Part shown: positions 49,441 through 59,965 of the stretch, one piece after another | Layout: the number at the start of each line of letters is the position of its first letter | Position numbering within the stretch: position 1 is the stretch's first letter | DNA from: Methanothrix sp. | GTDB taxonomy: Archaea; Halobacteriota; Methanosarcinia; Methanotrichales; Methanotrichaceae | Reading direction: 5' to 3' | DNA length: 64,000 nucleotides | NCBI GenBank assembly: GCA_017994055.1 | Contig: JAGOLL010000002.1 | Location: forward strand, 394 to 64,393 | The notes under the pieces: generated by a model | Database searches by the model: none | What the model was told of the DNA's origin: nothing | What the model saw: the letters and a program-made list of their open reading frames with translations, nothing else | Position numbers and translations under genes: made by a program

Positions 49441-50763
49441 ATGAGCGAGATCGACGCCATTGTAATTGGCTCAGGAATCAGCGGCCTGCTGTCCGCCCTG
49501 GCCCTCTCCAGAGAGGGAAAGAGGGTGGCAATCCTGGAGAAGGAGAGCTATATCGGCGGAGTCTGCCGATCCTATGATGTAAACGGCTACAGGGTAGACA
49601 CCGGACCGCATGCCATCACCAGGCTGGAGAACGGGCCGCTCAGACAATTGATGGATAAATATTTTGATGTGGTTCCTCAATTTATTCCCTTTGGGAAATA
49701 CTATGTCCGCATAGGTGGAGAGGTCAAGCCCTTTCCCTGGAGCATCAATGCCTGGCTGACCTTCGGACTGATTCCCAAGAAAGATCGGCTTCTCTTGATC
49801 AAAGCCCTTTTCAATACCCTTTATCTGGCCAAATCGGGCAAGGACTTCTCCAATATCACCCTATCCGAGGTCCTCCCGGATAGGATCTCCCTGACCACCA
49901 GGAGATTCCTGGATTGGCTGTGCTATTTCCTGGTGGGAGCATCCATCGAGAACGCTCCCATCTCCCGGTTCGTCGACAATAAAACCCATAATCCCCGTTC
50001 CATTCCATCGGTGGGTAAGATCTATGACCTCTTTATAACTGAGGGCGCTACAGACCAGGGATATCCCAAGGGAGGGCTTCAGGCCATAGTTGACGCCATA
50101 CTGGCCTCTTTTCCCAGAGGATCGGTGGAGATCAGGACTGATGAACCGGTGGAGAAGATCGAATGCGGTGAAAGCGTTTCTGGCGTTATAACCTCGCAGG
50201 ACAGCTATGACTGCCGGGCAGTGGTCTATTCGGGATTTTCCTCCGATCTGCCCCGTCTTATCTCTGATCTGCCTGCCTCCTATACCCGGAATCTGGCCAC
50301 CATAAAGAGGGTCAACTCCATGACCGTCTGGCTTGGGCTGAACAAGAAGATCTTCACCAATCAAGGAGCTGAGATGTGGGTTGATGGCGATCCTTATGCC
50401 TGGATGGTTCCCACCTCCAATTATGACCCCGCCCTGGCACCGAGAGGAAATCAATTGGTGGGCTTTGCCTTCACTCCCCTTCCTGAAAACTACAGCTCCT
50501 CAGCCATAAAAGAGAAGGCCTTGGGGACAATAGTTGAAAATATTCCCGAGATCGAAAAGCATATCGATATGATCCATTATCAGGAGCTGATACCGGAGAA
50601 GGCCTCATGGGGCATAAACTATGGCTTTGGCGATGTGAGGACCCCCTTTAAAAACCTCTACTGCGTAGGCACGGATACGACCAAGAGAAGCGCTGGCGTC
50701 AACCGGGCGGCATATTCGGTATTGAACCTGCTGGATGTAATGAGGTCGGACGGGTATCTGTAA
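49441..50763 (+). CDS. Phytoene-desaturase-like FAD-dependent oxidoreductase
   Basis: IGSGISGL Rossmann motif, VDTGPH and YPKGG motifs. Confidence 0.85.
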   Translation: MSEIDAIVIGSGISGLLSALALSREGKRVAILEKESYIGGVCRSYDVNGYRVDTGPHAITRLENGPLRQLMDKYFDVVPQFIPFGKYYVRIGGEVKPFPWSINAWLTFGLIPKKDRLLLIKALFNTLYLAKSGKDFSNITLSEVLPDRISLTTRRFLDWLCYFLVGASIENAPISRFVDNKTHNPRSIPSVGKIYDLFITEGATDQGYPKGGLQAIVDAILASFPRGSVEIRTDEPVEKIECGESVSGVITSQDSYDCRAVVYSGFSSDLPRLISDLPASYTRNLATIKRVNSMTVWLGLNKKIFTNQGAEMWVDGDPYAWMVPTSNYDPALAPRGNQLVGFAFTPLPENYSSSAIKEKALGTIVENIPEIEKHIDMIHYQELIPEKASWGINYGFGDVRTPFKNLYCVGTDTTKRSAGVNRAAYSVLNLLDVMRSDGYL

Positions 50764-51476
50764 GGGGAGGTTGCAGCGGAAATCCGCCCCTTGTTTTTCT
50801 GGAGCTTGAGATTAGCGGCGTTGTTTTTTGCGGGGGAAGACATGCCGCCAGGCGGCGGCTTAATCCAGGCGGCAGCTCTTGGAATCGAATAGGAGAAAGG
50901 TGAGAGCCGATCTGACTAAGTTACAGAAAGGTAGGAGGGAAGATGGCACTCTATCGACTCTCGCCAACTCTCTTATAGACCGGGATTGAAATAAACAGAT
51001 TTGCATTATGTGAGGGCTACATAACTCTTTGGAGAGATGCAGTCCGCCTTCCGGCTCATGTAAAAGCGGGAGGGCTTGCCGCTTGCATATCTGCAATCTT
51101 CCTTCTATTGCCCCCGGTGCATCCTGTATTGCTTAGGATTAGTCCAGCAGAAGAAAAACGCAATTGATCCCAATAAAATCGCATTTAGAACCATTATAAA
51201 GCTCATAAGCCGGAAAGGAACTTTAATAGAGGTATAGAGCAGCTCCGCCTCTCCGGCCCGGAGAGGTTCGTTCGGCTTGCTCTTTAAATATCGTTCCGTT
51301 AAGCCCTTCCACCTGGTTATCGGCAAATGACTTAAATCCAATCAAGGAATGCATGATCAAGGCCGTCAGCCGGTGCAGAGAGCGGAAGGTATGGGATTGT
51401 ATATGATCCGGAGCAGCAAGGACTTGAAGCAACTGGAAGAGAATGCAATCACTCCTCATGGTCGAAGGAAAGAGCT

Positions 51477-51623
51477 ATGACTATAACTGAATTGGATGGC
51501 CAAGGACGGATTCTTCTCCCTCTGCAGATCAGAGTCAGGCTGAATCTGAATGCAGGAGATGCTCTGGCCATAGACAGCCTAAGGGACGGCACAATAATAA
51601 TCACCAAAGCGGCAGAGAGATGA
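51477..51623 (+). CDS. AbrB/MazE/SpoVT-family small DNA-binding protein (48 aa)
   Basis: MTITELDGQGRILLPLQIRVRLNLNAGDALAI; immediately precedes the ABC operon; not in the ORF track. Confidence 0.75.
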   Translation: MTITELDGQGRILLPLQIRVRLNLNAGDALAIDSLRDGTIIITKAAER

Positions 51624-51624
51624 G

Positions 51625-52314
51625 GTGAAGACTATAACCAGAGTGATAGAGCTGAAGGGAATCCAGAAGAGCTACCGCATAGGGGAGAGCGAGTTTGCCA
51701 TTCTCAAGGGGATAGACCTGGATATAGAGGGGGGGGAGTTCATAGCCCTCATGGGGCCCTCCGGCAGCGGAAAATCAACCCTTATGAACATCGTGGGCTG
51801 TCTGGACCGCCCCTCCGGCGGGCGTTTCATCCTTCTGGACCAGGACATCAGCCGGACCTCGGATGATGAGCTGGCCCGAATCAGAAGAGAGGAGTTGGGG
51901 TATATCTTCCAGACCTTCAATCTCATCGGCCGCATCAGCGTTCTGAAGAATGTGGAGGTTCCTATGATGCTCAGCGGCGTGCCCCGCGAGAGGCGCAGGC
52001 ATCGGGCGCTCCAGCTGCTGGAGTCGGTGGGCATGGCCCATCGCTCCGATTTCAGCCCCAGCAACATATCCGGAGGGGAGAGACAGAGGGTGGCCATAGC
52101 CAGGGCTCTGGCCAATGATCCCAAGATCATAATCGCAGACGAGCCCACCGGCAATCTGGACCTCAAGAACAGCGAGGAGGTCATAAAGATTCTGAGCAGC
52201 TTGAATCGGGATGGCAGAACCGTCATCATGGTCACCCATAATCCGGAGATAACGTCAAATTGCAGTCGGGTTATCCGGCTGCGAGACGGACTAATCATGG
52301 AGAGCGCATCATGA
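51625..52314 (+). CDS. ABC transporter ATP-binding protein (LolD/MacB-like)
   Basis: GPSGSGKST, SGGERQRVAIARAL and ADEPTGNLD motifs. Confidence 0.93.
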   Translation: MKTITRVIELKGIQKSYRIGESEFAILKGIDLDIEGGEFIALMGPSGSGKSTLMNIVGCLDRPSGGRFILLDQDISRTSDDELARIRREELGYIFQTFNLIGRISVLKNVEVPMMLSGVPRERRRHRALQLLESVGMAHRSDFSPSNISGGERQRVAIARALANDPKIIIADEPTGNLDLKNSEEVIKILSSLNRDGRTVIMVTHNPEITSNCSRVIRLRDGLIMESAS

Positions 52315-53222
52315 AAAAGGCAGTTTTAATTTTGATCTTGGCCCTGCTGGTGGCAGGACTGGCTTCATCATATGAGTACCGCATGCCTGTGAACATAGAG
52401 GCCAGGACAACCCCGTCTGTGCTCCTGCCCGGGGATGAGGCCACCCTGGCCATCGATCTGGCCAATGGCGCCGCCTCCTATGGAACCGGCAGAGATGCCG
52501 GGGCGGGAAGCTCTGCCTACGGCACCCTCCTCTCCACCCCGCTCAATAAGACCGTTTTGAAGGGCACAGATGATCTGGAGGTGCTGACAGAAGACAGCAG
52601 CGAGCTGGGAATGATAGGACCCAATGATAGGGTCACGGTCTACTACAAGGTCCGTGCTTCGGATAACATCCGCAGTGGAACTCATCTGCTTGATTTCAGC
52701 GTCTCGGGCGGATACGATATGACCACCATCAAACGCAATATTCTGGTCAAGGTGGATCGAACTGCAGTCAGCCTGGCCCGGGCGGAGACAGATGCCTCCA
52801 CCTTCAACCTCAATGTGGCCAATCCCAGGGAGAATACCCTCAATGCCGTCACCATAGTGCCCTCGGCGGAGGGTGTGATCTTCTCTCCTGATGAGTATTA
52901 TATCGGAACCATGGACCCGGATGAGGTGTTCACCATCAGCTTCGGGGTAGCCCCAGCGGATGAGAAAAATGATCTCAAGGATCCGGTCAACCTCAGCTTT
53001 GTGGCCCGGTTCAAGAACGGCGACAACTGGCATACCTCAGAGCCCTATTTCACCATGTATGCTCCGCCCGAGCCTGAGAGGCCTCAGAGCAGCTATCTCC
53101 TGCCCGCACTGGCTGTACTGGCGATAATGCTTGTAGCAGCAGGATATCTGTACCGCAGGAGAAGGTTTAATGGCAAGAACGGCGGCATGAGGCCATCTCA
53201 GAAAGAGAGCCTGACGACTTAG
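52311..53222 (+). CDS. Secreted, C-terminally anchored COG1361-like (S-layer-domain) protein
   Basis: Signal peptide MKKAVLIL..., Ig-like body, C-terminal TM followed by RRRR. Confidence 0.75.
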   Translation: MKKAVLILILALLVAGLASSYEYRMPVNIEARTTPSVLLPGDEATLAIDLANGAASYGTGRDAGAGSSAYGTLLSTPLNKTVLKGTDDLEVLTEDSSELGMIGPNDRVTVYYKVRASDNIRSGTHLLDFSVSGGYDMTTIKRNILVKVDRTAVSLARAETDASTFNLNVANPRENTLNAVTIVPSAEGVIFSPDEYYIGTMDPDEVFTISFGVAPADEKNDLKDPVNLSFVARFKNGDNWHTSEPYFTMYAPPEPERPQSSYLLPALAVLAIMLVAAGYLYRRRRFNGKNGGMRPSQKESLTT

Positions 53223-53234
53223 GGAAGGTGGCAG

Positions 53235-54461
53235 ATGAATCTTCCCGATCTATTGGAGTATATTGCCGTCGGCTTCAGGGCCGACCGCTTCAAGACGCTC
53301 ATGTCCTCCCTGGGCATCATCATCGGGGTCATGGCCATTGTGGTCATGCTCTCCGTGGGGGAGGGGCTTTATTCCGGCGTCTCCTCCCAGTTCTCCAGCC
53401 TGGATCTGGATATGATTCGGGTCATGCCGGGATCCGCCCATTTTGGCGGTCCGGGCAGCGACCAGGCCAATAGGAATCCGGCTGAGCCGGCCAAGTTCAC
53501 GGATAAGGATACCAAGGTCCTGGAGAATGTGGTGGGAGTCGAGAATGTCGCGCCCAGGAGCGGGGCCAATGTGGTGGTGGCATTCAGGAACACAAACTCC
53601 TCGGCCAGCCTGGTGGGGGTGGACCCGGACAAGGAGGCGGATCTCGCAGAAGAGGTGGCCCAGGGCCGCTTTCTCACCGGATCCGATTATAAATCGATTG
53701 TCATAGGATACGGTGTCTCCAATGATCTATTTCGAATGCGAGTCACGCCGGGAAATAAGATCCGGCTGTACTACGAGGACCGCTACATGGACTTCAAGGT
53801 GGTGGGCGTCCTCGAAGAGGCGAAGCAGACATCATTCGGAGGGCCGGGAATGGATGAAAACCAGCAGATGTACATCACCCACAGGGCCTTGGAGGAGCTT
53901 AAGGGTGAGGAGAATTATTACTATGGCTATTTCCAGGTTAAGGTGTATGATCCGGAGCAGGTGGAGGGGGTCATAGAGAAGATCAAAAACGACCTAGAGA
54001 GGTATCACAAGGACGAGGCCTATGATGCCACCACGGCGCGGGATATGCTGGCCTCGCTCATGAGCGTTCTATCCATGATCAAATACGCTCTGGCCGGCAT
54101 CGGCGCCATCTCCCTTCTGGTGGGGGGAATAGGCATAGCCAATGTGATGATGCTGACGGTCAAGGAGAGGATAAAAGAGATAGGGGTGATGAAGGCGCTT
54201 GGAGCAACAACCGGGGACATACGGATGCAGTACCTTCTGGAGGCGGGAGTGCTGGGTGCTGTCTCCAGCCTAATCGGCATACTGATGGGGGTGGCGGTAT
54301 CCTACCTTATCGGCTCTCTGGCCGCTCTCCCGTCGGCCATAACCTATCAATCCATCCTCCTGGGCGTGCTCTTCGGAGTGGTCACCACCACCATCGCCGG
54401 GGTCTATCCGGCCAACCGTGCCGCCAAGCTCGATCCCATCGAGGCACTGAGGGCGGAGTGA
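53235..54461 (+). CDS. ABC transporter permease (MacB/FtsX family)
   Basis: LGIIIGV, VGGIGIANVM..TVKERIKEIG and PANRAAKLDPIEALR motifs. Confidence 0.93.
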   Translation: MNLPDLLEYIAVGFRADRFKTLMSSLGIIIGVMAIVVMLSVGEGLYSGVSSQFSSLDLDMIRVMPGSAHFGGPGSDQANRNPAEPAKFTDKDTKVLENVVGVENVAPRSGANVVVAFRNTNSSASLVGVDPDKEADLAEEVAQGRFLTGSDYKSIVIGYGVSNDLFRMRVTPGNKIRLYYEDRYMDFKVVGVLEEAKQTSFGGPGMDENQQMYITHRALEELKGEENYYYGYFQVKVYDPEQVEGVIEKIKNDLERYHKDEAYDATTARDMLASLMSVLSMIKYALAGIGAISLLVGGIGIANVMMLTVKERIKEIGVMKALGATTGDIRMQYLLEAGVLGAVSSLIGILMGVAVSYLIGSLAALPSAITYQSILLGVLFGVVTTTIAGVYPANRAAKLDPIEALRAE

Positions 54462-54758
54462 ATAGGGAAATTCTCCGGCCCCTTCCCAATTTCCGGCAGG
54501 CTTCTCTTTCGACTTCTCCACTGCTTTGAATTCACCTATTAGCTCAGGCCAAAATAGCGGGAGACAGTCAGAGCTGAGACAGGGGCGGCAAAAAATCGGG
54601 CGGAAAGGGCTTCGGGTCGGAGGTATATCCTAAGAAACTTCTGCCTCTATATACCTTGATCATCACATATACATATTGAAAATGCTCCTCTGAATTGGAG
54701 CGCATTTGCAGATTGGCTTTATAGCATAAATTGAGAAAAAGAGCTGAGGTAGTTCAAG

Positions 54759-55097
54759 ATGAAGATAACTGAAGTCAAATCCGTATCCAGCAAGCCCAAT
54801 CCCCATAATGTGGACGCCAGGAGCATAAGCGACACCGAGAGCGCCCAGGTGGTGCACATAACCCTCCAGCCGGGCGAGGCCCTGAAAAAGCACATAACTC
54901 CGGTGGATGTTGTCTTCTATGTCCTGGAGGGGCAGGGGACTGTGGAGATAGGCGAGGAGAAAGCCAGCGTGGCCGCCGATACCCTCATAGAGAGCCCGGC
55001 CAGGATACCGCACCGCTGGATCAATGAGAGCGACGCCCTCCTGCGGGTGCTGGTGGTAAAGACGCCCCGGCCCAAAGAGGCAACCAAGATGCTGTAA
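54759..55097 (+). CDS. Cupin domain protein
   Basis: HITP...YVLEGQG...PARIPHRWIN. Confidence 0.85.
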   Translation: MKITEVKSVSSKPNPHNVDARSISDTESAQVVHITLQPGEALKKHITPVDVVFYVLEGQGTVEIGEEKASVAADTLIESPARIPHRWINESDALLRVLVVKTPRPKEATKML

Positions 55098-55155
55098 TCA
55101 AAAGAACAGTTCCAGGAGAGGCTGAAGAAGCTCAGGAGAATGGCATCTTGAGATC

Positions 55156-55449
55156 TCATCTCTCCTGCAGGGTCTCAAATTCTCTGACTATCTCTCTGCC
55201 CACCACCACCTCATCTATGCTGTGGATGGCCGCCCCGAAGTTTTTGATCACATCCTCCACGCCGTCATAATCGATGTTCTCGCCCTGGATGGTGGCCTTG
55301 ACCGACTCTGTCTCCTGGTCCACCTCGTCCAGGCTGAGGTTGACTCCGGTGACGCCGTGCACCTTGGCCAGGGCAGTGGCCAGATCCAGGATGGTGGGCA
55401 CGTGGGGCTTCAATACGTCAAGAACCAAACGCCTGATCATGGTGTTCAT
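55156..55449 (-). CDS. DUF211 family protein
   Basis: IRRLVLDVLKPH...GAAIHSIDEVV. Confidence 0.88.
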   Translation of the reverse strand: MNTMIRRLVLDVLKPHVPTILDLATALAKVHGVTGVNLSLDEVDQETESVKATIQGENIDYDGVEDVIKNFGAAIHSIDEVVVGREIVREFETLQER

Positions 55450-55506
55450 ATATCCCAATCTCTGATGCATCTTCCCGATCAGCAGCCTCTCGATCCATCG
55501 GCATAA

Positions 55507-55812
55507 TTAATTTTTCCCTTTCTTCTTGAATTTAGTTTTCATGGCCGGAGCTATCCTCTTCAAGGCAGAAGATTTTGGCCCGGCTCTGGCAATCAATATC
55601 CTCCCAGCCGCCCCCTCCACATGCCAGGTTTTGGGATGCCTCTTCTCCCTTTCTATCTCCGGCTTGAAGCCGGATTTAATGGCCGCTGTGATCAGCATAT
55701 CCAGGCTTGGCTCAGAAACGGCATCATGGATGGGTACCATTCTGCCCTCGTCCCGGGAGCGGGAGGCATCGAAATAGATGGGCCATATGACCAGCTTGTC
55801 CTTTTCAGGCAT
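55507..55812 (-). CDS. srp19: Signal recognition particle 19 kDa protein
   Basis: VIWPIYFDASRSRDEGRMVP...KRHPKTW...GRI; start at MPEKDK. Confidence 0.92.
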   Translation of the reverse strand: MPEKDKLVIWPIYFDASRSRDEGRMVPIHDAVSEPSLDMLITAAIKSGFKPEIEREKRHPKTWHVEGAAGRILIARAGPKSSALKRIAPAMKTKFKKKGKN

Positions 55813-55925
55813 GAGTTCTGGCTGTCTATCTCCTTCTTTATATCTCTGTCTGGCAAGCCCAATCTCCAAAAAGAGCTGCATCGCAAAAGCCTTTTAGCCA
55901 TGTTGGGCTATATGGGATCAGAATA

Positions 55926-56852
55926 ATGGTGGAGCTACCAACAATGAGCCTAGAGACTTATCCCGTTGCCAATGTGGGCGGAAAGGAGATTCCGTATGAT
56001 CCGGACCAGCTGAGAAGGATACAGGAGCACCCATGCTTCAGCGAGAAGGCTTGCCACTCCTTTGGCCGAATGCATCTGGCAGTGGCTCCCAAATGCAATA
56101 TCCAGTGCAAGTACTGCGTCAGGGATTATGATTGCGTCAATGAATCCCGCCCCGGAGTGACCTCCCAGGTGCTCAAGCCTAAAGAGGCCTTGGAGCGGGT
56201 GGATCAGGTCCTGGAGAAGTATCACTACATCAAAGTTGTAGCCGTGGCCGGTCCGGGAGAGCCTCTGGCCAATGAGGAGACCTTTGAGACCCTGCGGCTG
56301 GTGGGGGAGAAGTATCCCAACCTAATCCTCTGCATCAGCACCAACGGCCTGCTCTTGCCGGACAAGATTGAGGAGCTGGACCGGCTGGGGGTCTGCAACA
56401 TCACCGTGACCATGAATGCCATCGATCCCCAGATCGGTCAGCAGATTTACGACTACGTCAGCTACAAGGGAAAGAGGTACGAGGGGCTGGAGGCGGCAGA
56501 GCTTCTCTGCAGCCAGCAGCTCAAGGGAATAGAGGAGGCCCTGCGGCTGAAGAAGATAGTCAAGATAAATACAGTGCTGATTCCGGGAATCAACGATGAG
56601 CATGTCTTCGACATCGCCCGGAGGATAAAGGAGATGGGCGTCTACATCCATAATGTCATGCCCCTCATTCCCCAGTACAAGTTCGCCCATATCAAGCCGC
56701 CATCGCCGGAGGAGAAGAGGAAGATCCAGGAGGAGCTGGGCAAGATAATCAAGCAGATGAAGCACTGCCGGCAGTGCCGCTCCGATGCCATAGGAAAGCT
56801 GGGATGCGATGTGCAGCAGGAGTTCGGGAGCAGAACCCGAGAACAGGGCTAA
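55926..56852 (+). CDS. nifB: NifB-like radical SAM protein (single-domain methanogen type)
   Basis: HPCF, RMHLAVAPKCNIQCKYC, ESRPG, AGPGEPL and C-terminal HCRQCRSDA motifs; no other nif genes nearby. Confidence 0.85.
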   Translation: MVELPTMSLETYPVANVGGKEIPYDPDQLRRIQEHPCFSEKACHSFGRMHLAVAPKCNIQCKYCVRDYDCVNESRPGVTSQVLKPKEALERVDQVLEKYHYIKVVAVAGPGEPLANEETFETLRLVGEKYPNLILCISTNGLLLPDKIEELDRLGVCNITVTMNAIDPQIGQQIYDYVSYKGKRYEGLEAAELLCSQQLKGIEEALRLKKIVKINTVLIPGINDEHVFDIARRIKEMGVYIHNVMPLIPQYKFAHIKPPSPEEKRKIQEELGKIIKQMKHCRQCRSDAIGKLGCDVQQEFGSRTREQG

Positions 56853-56998
56853 AAAAGAGGCGGACGAGCCTTGTGGGGCAGGGCTTCTGGCATCTGCTCC
56901 GTCCGGCTCACATCTGAAATATAGACTAAAAAAGAATCTTTTGGCGCTGTCAATTGCGCCGGATAGATCAGATTTTATTTTTTTGAAATTCTATGAGA

Positions 56999-57223
56999 TC
57001 AATGCTTGAGCATCTTGCTGATGCTGCTCGTGGCCCCGGCGATGCTGCTGGAGATGCCTGAAATGAGGCTCTTCTTCTCAGACTGGGCCGATGGTTTGCT
57101 TTCCGCAGGCCTGGCGCTGCTTTGCTTCTTTTCCTTTTTCTTGGATACTGGATTTCCGTTTTTCATCTGGAAGTTGCTGTTGCGATCTTTAGGTCCCTTG
57201 CTCTGCTTTTTCTCTTTTGCCAT
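56999..57223 (-). CDS. Small Lys/Ser-rich hypothetical protein
   Basis: 74-aa ORF downstream of the alanine dehydrogenase gene on the same strand. Confidence 0.5.
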   Translation of the reverse strand: MAKEKKQSKGPKDRNSNFQMKNGNPVSKKKEKKQSSARPAESKPSAQSEKKSLISGISSSIAGATSSISKMLKH

Positions 57224-57293
57224 TTTTTATCCCGGCCACCGGTCAATCTCAAAATTGATATAGGTTTCGCCCTTCCGCCCATCAGCTCCCTTC

Positions 57294-58277
57294 CTACAAT
57301 CCCGGCGAGAGCCTGATGCCCCTGCCTTTCGCCAGAGCTTTTTCGTAGACCGAAAATCCGGCCGCAACATCCTGAATCCCCAGGCCGGTGGAGTCGAAGA
57401 TGGTGATCTCCCTGTCATCCTCCCGCCCCGGCTTATTGGCCACCAGGACCTCTCCGATGCCGGCGAAGATATCCTCCTGGCGGAGCAGTCCCTGGGTGAT
57501 GGGCACATTCACCTCTCCGGAGTGGACCGCCTGGACCGGGTCATCCACAAAAACCTTGGCTCTTCTGGTCAAGGTCGACTCCAGCTCCTGCTTTCCTTTG
57601 GCGTCGGCTCCAATGGCATTGATATGGGTTCCGGGAGAGATCCAATCATCTCTCACCACCGGTCGGCGCGATGTGGTGGTGGTTACCAGAATATCGCACT
57701 GGCAGGCATCCTCCGCTTCTTTCTCTATGATGAGCTCGCCTTCTAAGATATCCCGGCCGTATTCTGCCAGGGACCGGCATCTCTCCAGGGACAGATCGAA
57801 TATCCTCACCTCATCCAGCTCAAATTGCCTGGAGAGCCCCAGGAGCTGGGCTCTTGCCTGCGCCCCTGCCCCGATCATTCCCACCCTCCGGCTGTCCTTC
57901 CGGGCTAAAAGACTGGCTGCGACTGCCCCAGCCGCTCCGGTGCGCATGGCGGTGAGGTATGTCGCACCCATGATAGCCAGAGGCGCTCCGGTCTTTGGTG
58001 AGACCAGAGTCAGCAGGGCCATGACTGTGGGAAGGCCGATCTCTTGATTTCGGGCATGGACATTGACTATCTTGACTCCAGCCTGCTCCGATCCTTCCAG
58101 ATAAGCGGGCATGGTTCTCAGATCTCCCTCATGCCGGGGAAAGTAGAGATAGGATTTGGGCGGCATCTGAGTGCGGCCGGCTCCGTGATCGCAAAAGGCT
58201 TTTCTTACGGCGACTATCGCCTCGTCCATGCTCAGAAGATCCTTGACCTCATCTTCTGTGAGCCAGAGTACCTCCAT
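57294..58277 (-). CDS. Alanine dehydrogenase (ornithine cyclodeaminase/mu-crystallin family)
   Basis: MPPKSYL, GDLRTMPAY, RTGAAG, IGAGAQA and FDSTGLGIQD motifs. Confidence 0.9.
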   Translation of the reverse strand: MEVLWLTEDEVKDLLSMDEAIVAVRKAFCDHGAGRTQMPPKSYLYFPRHEGDLRTMPAYLEGSEQAGVKIVNVHARNQEIGLPTVMALLTLVSPKTGAPLAIMGATYLTAMRTGAAGAVAASLLARKDSRRVGMIGAGAQARAQLLGLSRQFELDEVRIFDLSLERCRSLAEYGRDILEGELIIEKEAEDACQCDILVTTTTSRRPVVRDDWISPGTHINAIGADAKGKQELESTLTRRAKVFVDDPVQAVHSGEVNVPITQGLLRQEDIFAGIGEVLVANKPGREDDREITIFDSTGLGIQDVAAGFSVYEKALAKGRGIRLSPGL

Positions 58278-58599
58278 AACAGCACCGTATAGATCAAGAT
58301 GGCAGAGAAGAAATAGTCTTCCAGTTGATAGTCTTCCATTCGATAGGCCTTATTGAGCCCATAAGTCGGAGACTTTTCAAAAAGCATGGTTAGGTCATGA
58401 AACTATCTCCCGCTTTTAGCCAAAATTTCCTGAGTGCTGAGAGCCGGGAGGAGGCCCTGATACGGGAAGCGAATTTTGCTCTCGGACAGACTCTCTTCTG
58501 GAAATGGCGCAAGCTGCGCCTGGAATTTAGACCATAAGAATTAATAGGATATGCAGATTGTAGATTATAGATTATTGATTATAGACCCGATCCCTATTT

Positions 58600-59556
58600 G
58601 TGGACTGTTTTTGGATGAACCGCATGGAGACATCCGACCAGGAGAAGGCAGATGCATTTCTGCAGGATTTCGTCGGCCAGCTCGCAGCAGCCAGCGGCAG
58701 GGATATCGAGTTTATCCTCCTCTTCGGAAGCGCAGCCAGGGGCGAGTTCGTCCTGGGAAAGAGCGATGTGGACCTGGTCATTCAGGTCAAGAGCAGAGAG
58801 GCGGTGAGAAGGGTAGAGCAGCTCGCCGAGATGCTATTCTGGCGGCTGGATGAAGAGCACGGCATGCAGTTCAAGAAAGTGGCCTCCACCGGCGAGGGGG
58901 GCAGCCTGCTGGAGGGGGCGGTAAAGTGGCTGGAGAAGCAGGCCCGGCTCTACAAGCCCTTTGAGGTTTTCGGACCGGATGATATCGACTGGAAGGATGG
59001 GAAGGTGAGGCGGCTGGACCTGCTTCCCGGGGCAGTCCTTGTGGCCAGCCAGCTCACCCTCTTCTATAAGATGAAGCATGAGGGCAAGATCCTCCTGGGC
59101 AGGGACATCCGCCCGGAGATACAGCCGCGCTTTTCCGGCTGGGAGAAGCTCAAAGCCATCTGGGTGCCCCAGAGCATTGCCTTCGCCTCCCTCATCCTGG
59201 CCCTGCCCCTGCCCCGGAAGGCGGCGGCCTATGCGGTAAAGGCGCTGTTTTATGAGGTGGAGTCGGTGAACATCTTCCTCAAAAACATGGTCCCTTCCGG
59301 CCAGGAGAAGATTGAGGGTTTTGCCTCAGCCACCGAGTTCGAAGATGAGATCTTGGACCGCCTGCGCTTCTTTTTGGAGCGGAAGATGGGCCTATTGGGA
59401 GAGGAGAAGATGAATTTCGTCCGGCAGGCGGCGGCGATAAAGAGGCAGGGATTTCAGGGCGGCAGGCTGGAGGCCTTGCGGCTGTGCCGGAGGGCTTTTT
59501 GGATCATCTGGAGCATCAATGCCGCAGTGATAATCAAGAAGGGGGGCGGTTTTTAA
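58600..59556 (+). CDS. Nucleotidyltransferase (Pol-beta superfamily) domain protein
   Basis: LFGSAARGEF...SDVDLVI motif. Confidence 0.8.
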   Translation: MDCFWMNRMETSDQEKADAFLQDFVGQLAAASGRDIEFILLFGSAARGEFVLGKSDVDLVIQVKSREAVRRVEQLAEMLFWRLDEEHGMQFKKVASTGEGGSLLEGAVKWLEKQARLYKPFEVFGPDDIDWKDGKVRRLDLLPGAVLVASQLTLFYKMKHEGKILLGRDIRPEIQPRFSGWEKLKAIWVPQSIAFASLILALPLPRKAAAYAVKALFYEVESVNIFLKNMVPSGQEKIEGFASATEFEDEILDRLRFFLERKMGLLGEEKMNFVRQAAAIKRQGFQGGRLEALRLCRRAFWIIWSINAAVIIKKGGGF

Positions 59557-59596
59557 CGGGTAGAATTCAATAATAGGGAAGGATATAGCGGCGGTT

Positions 59597-59965
59597 ATGT
59601 CTGCCATAGTCCACTTCGAGATATTCTGCGAGCAAGAGGAGAGGGCCAGCAAATTCTACGCCGAGCTATTCGGCTGGAAGATAGAGCGCATCCCCGGCAC
59701 CAAATACTGGAATATCAACACCCAGGAGGGAGCAGCGGGCGGGCTGACCCACCGCTTCAATCCCATTCAGAAGATCATCAACTACTTCGGCGTCCCCTCG
59801 GTTAGCAAGGCCTGCTCCAGGGTGGAGGAGCTCGGCGGCAGGGTTCTGGTGCCCAGGATGGCGGTGGCAGGAGCGGGATACTATGCCTTATGCAAAGACA
59901 GCGAGGGCAATATTTTCGGGCTGTGGGAGGAGGATCCGGAGGCATGGCATCAGGCTCTATTATAA
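59597..59965 (+). CDS. VOC/glyoxalase family protein
   Basis: IVHFEI...FYAELFGW...DSEGNIFGLWE. Confidence 0.9.
   Translation: MSAIVHFEIFCEQEERASKFYAELFGWKIERIPGTKYWNINTQEGAAGGLTHRFNPIQKIINYFGVPSVSKACSRVEELGGRVLVPRMAVAGAGYYALCKDSEGNIFGLWEEDPEAWHQALL

Noticed and set aside
55926-56852. nifB as evidence for nitrogen fixation
   Set aside because: Stand-alone NifB-like genes occur widely in methanogens; no nifHDK in the window.
58430-58490. GCTGAGA...CCTGAT resembling a TPP riboswitch
   Set aside because: Spacing and the remaining conserved elements do not fit, and there is no thiamine gene downstream.
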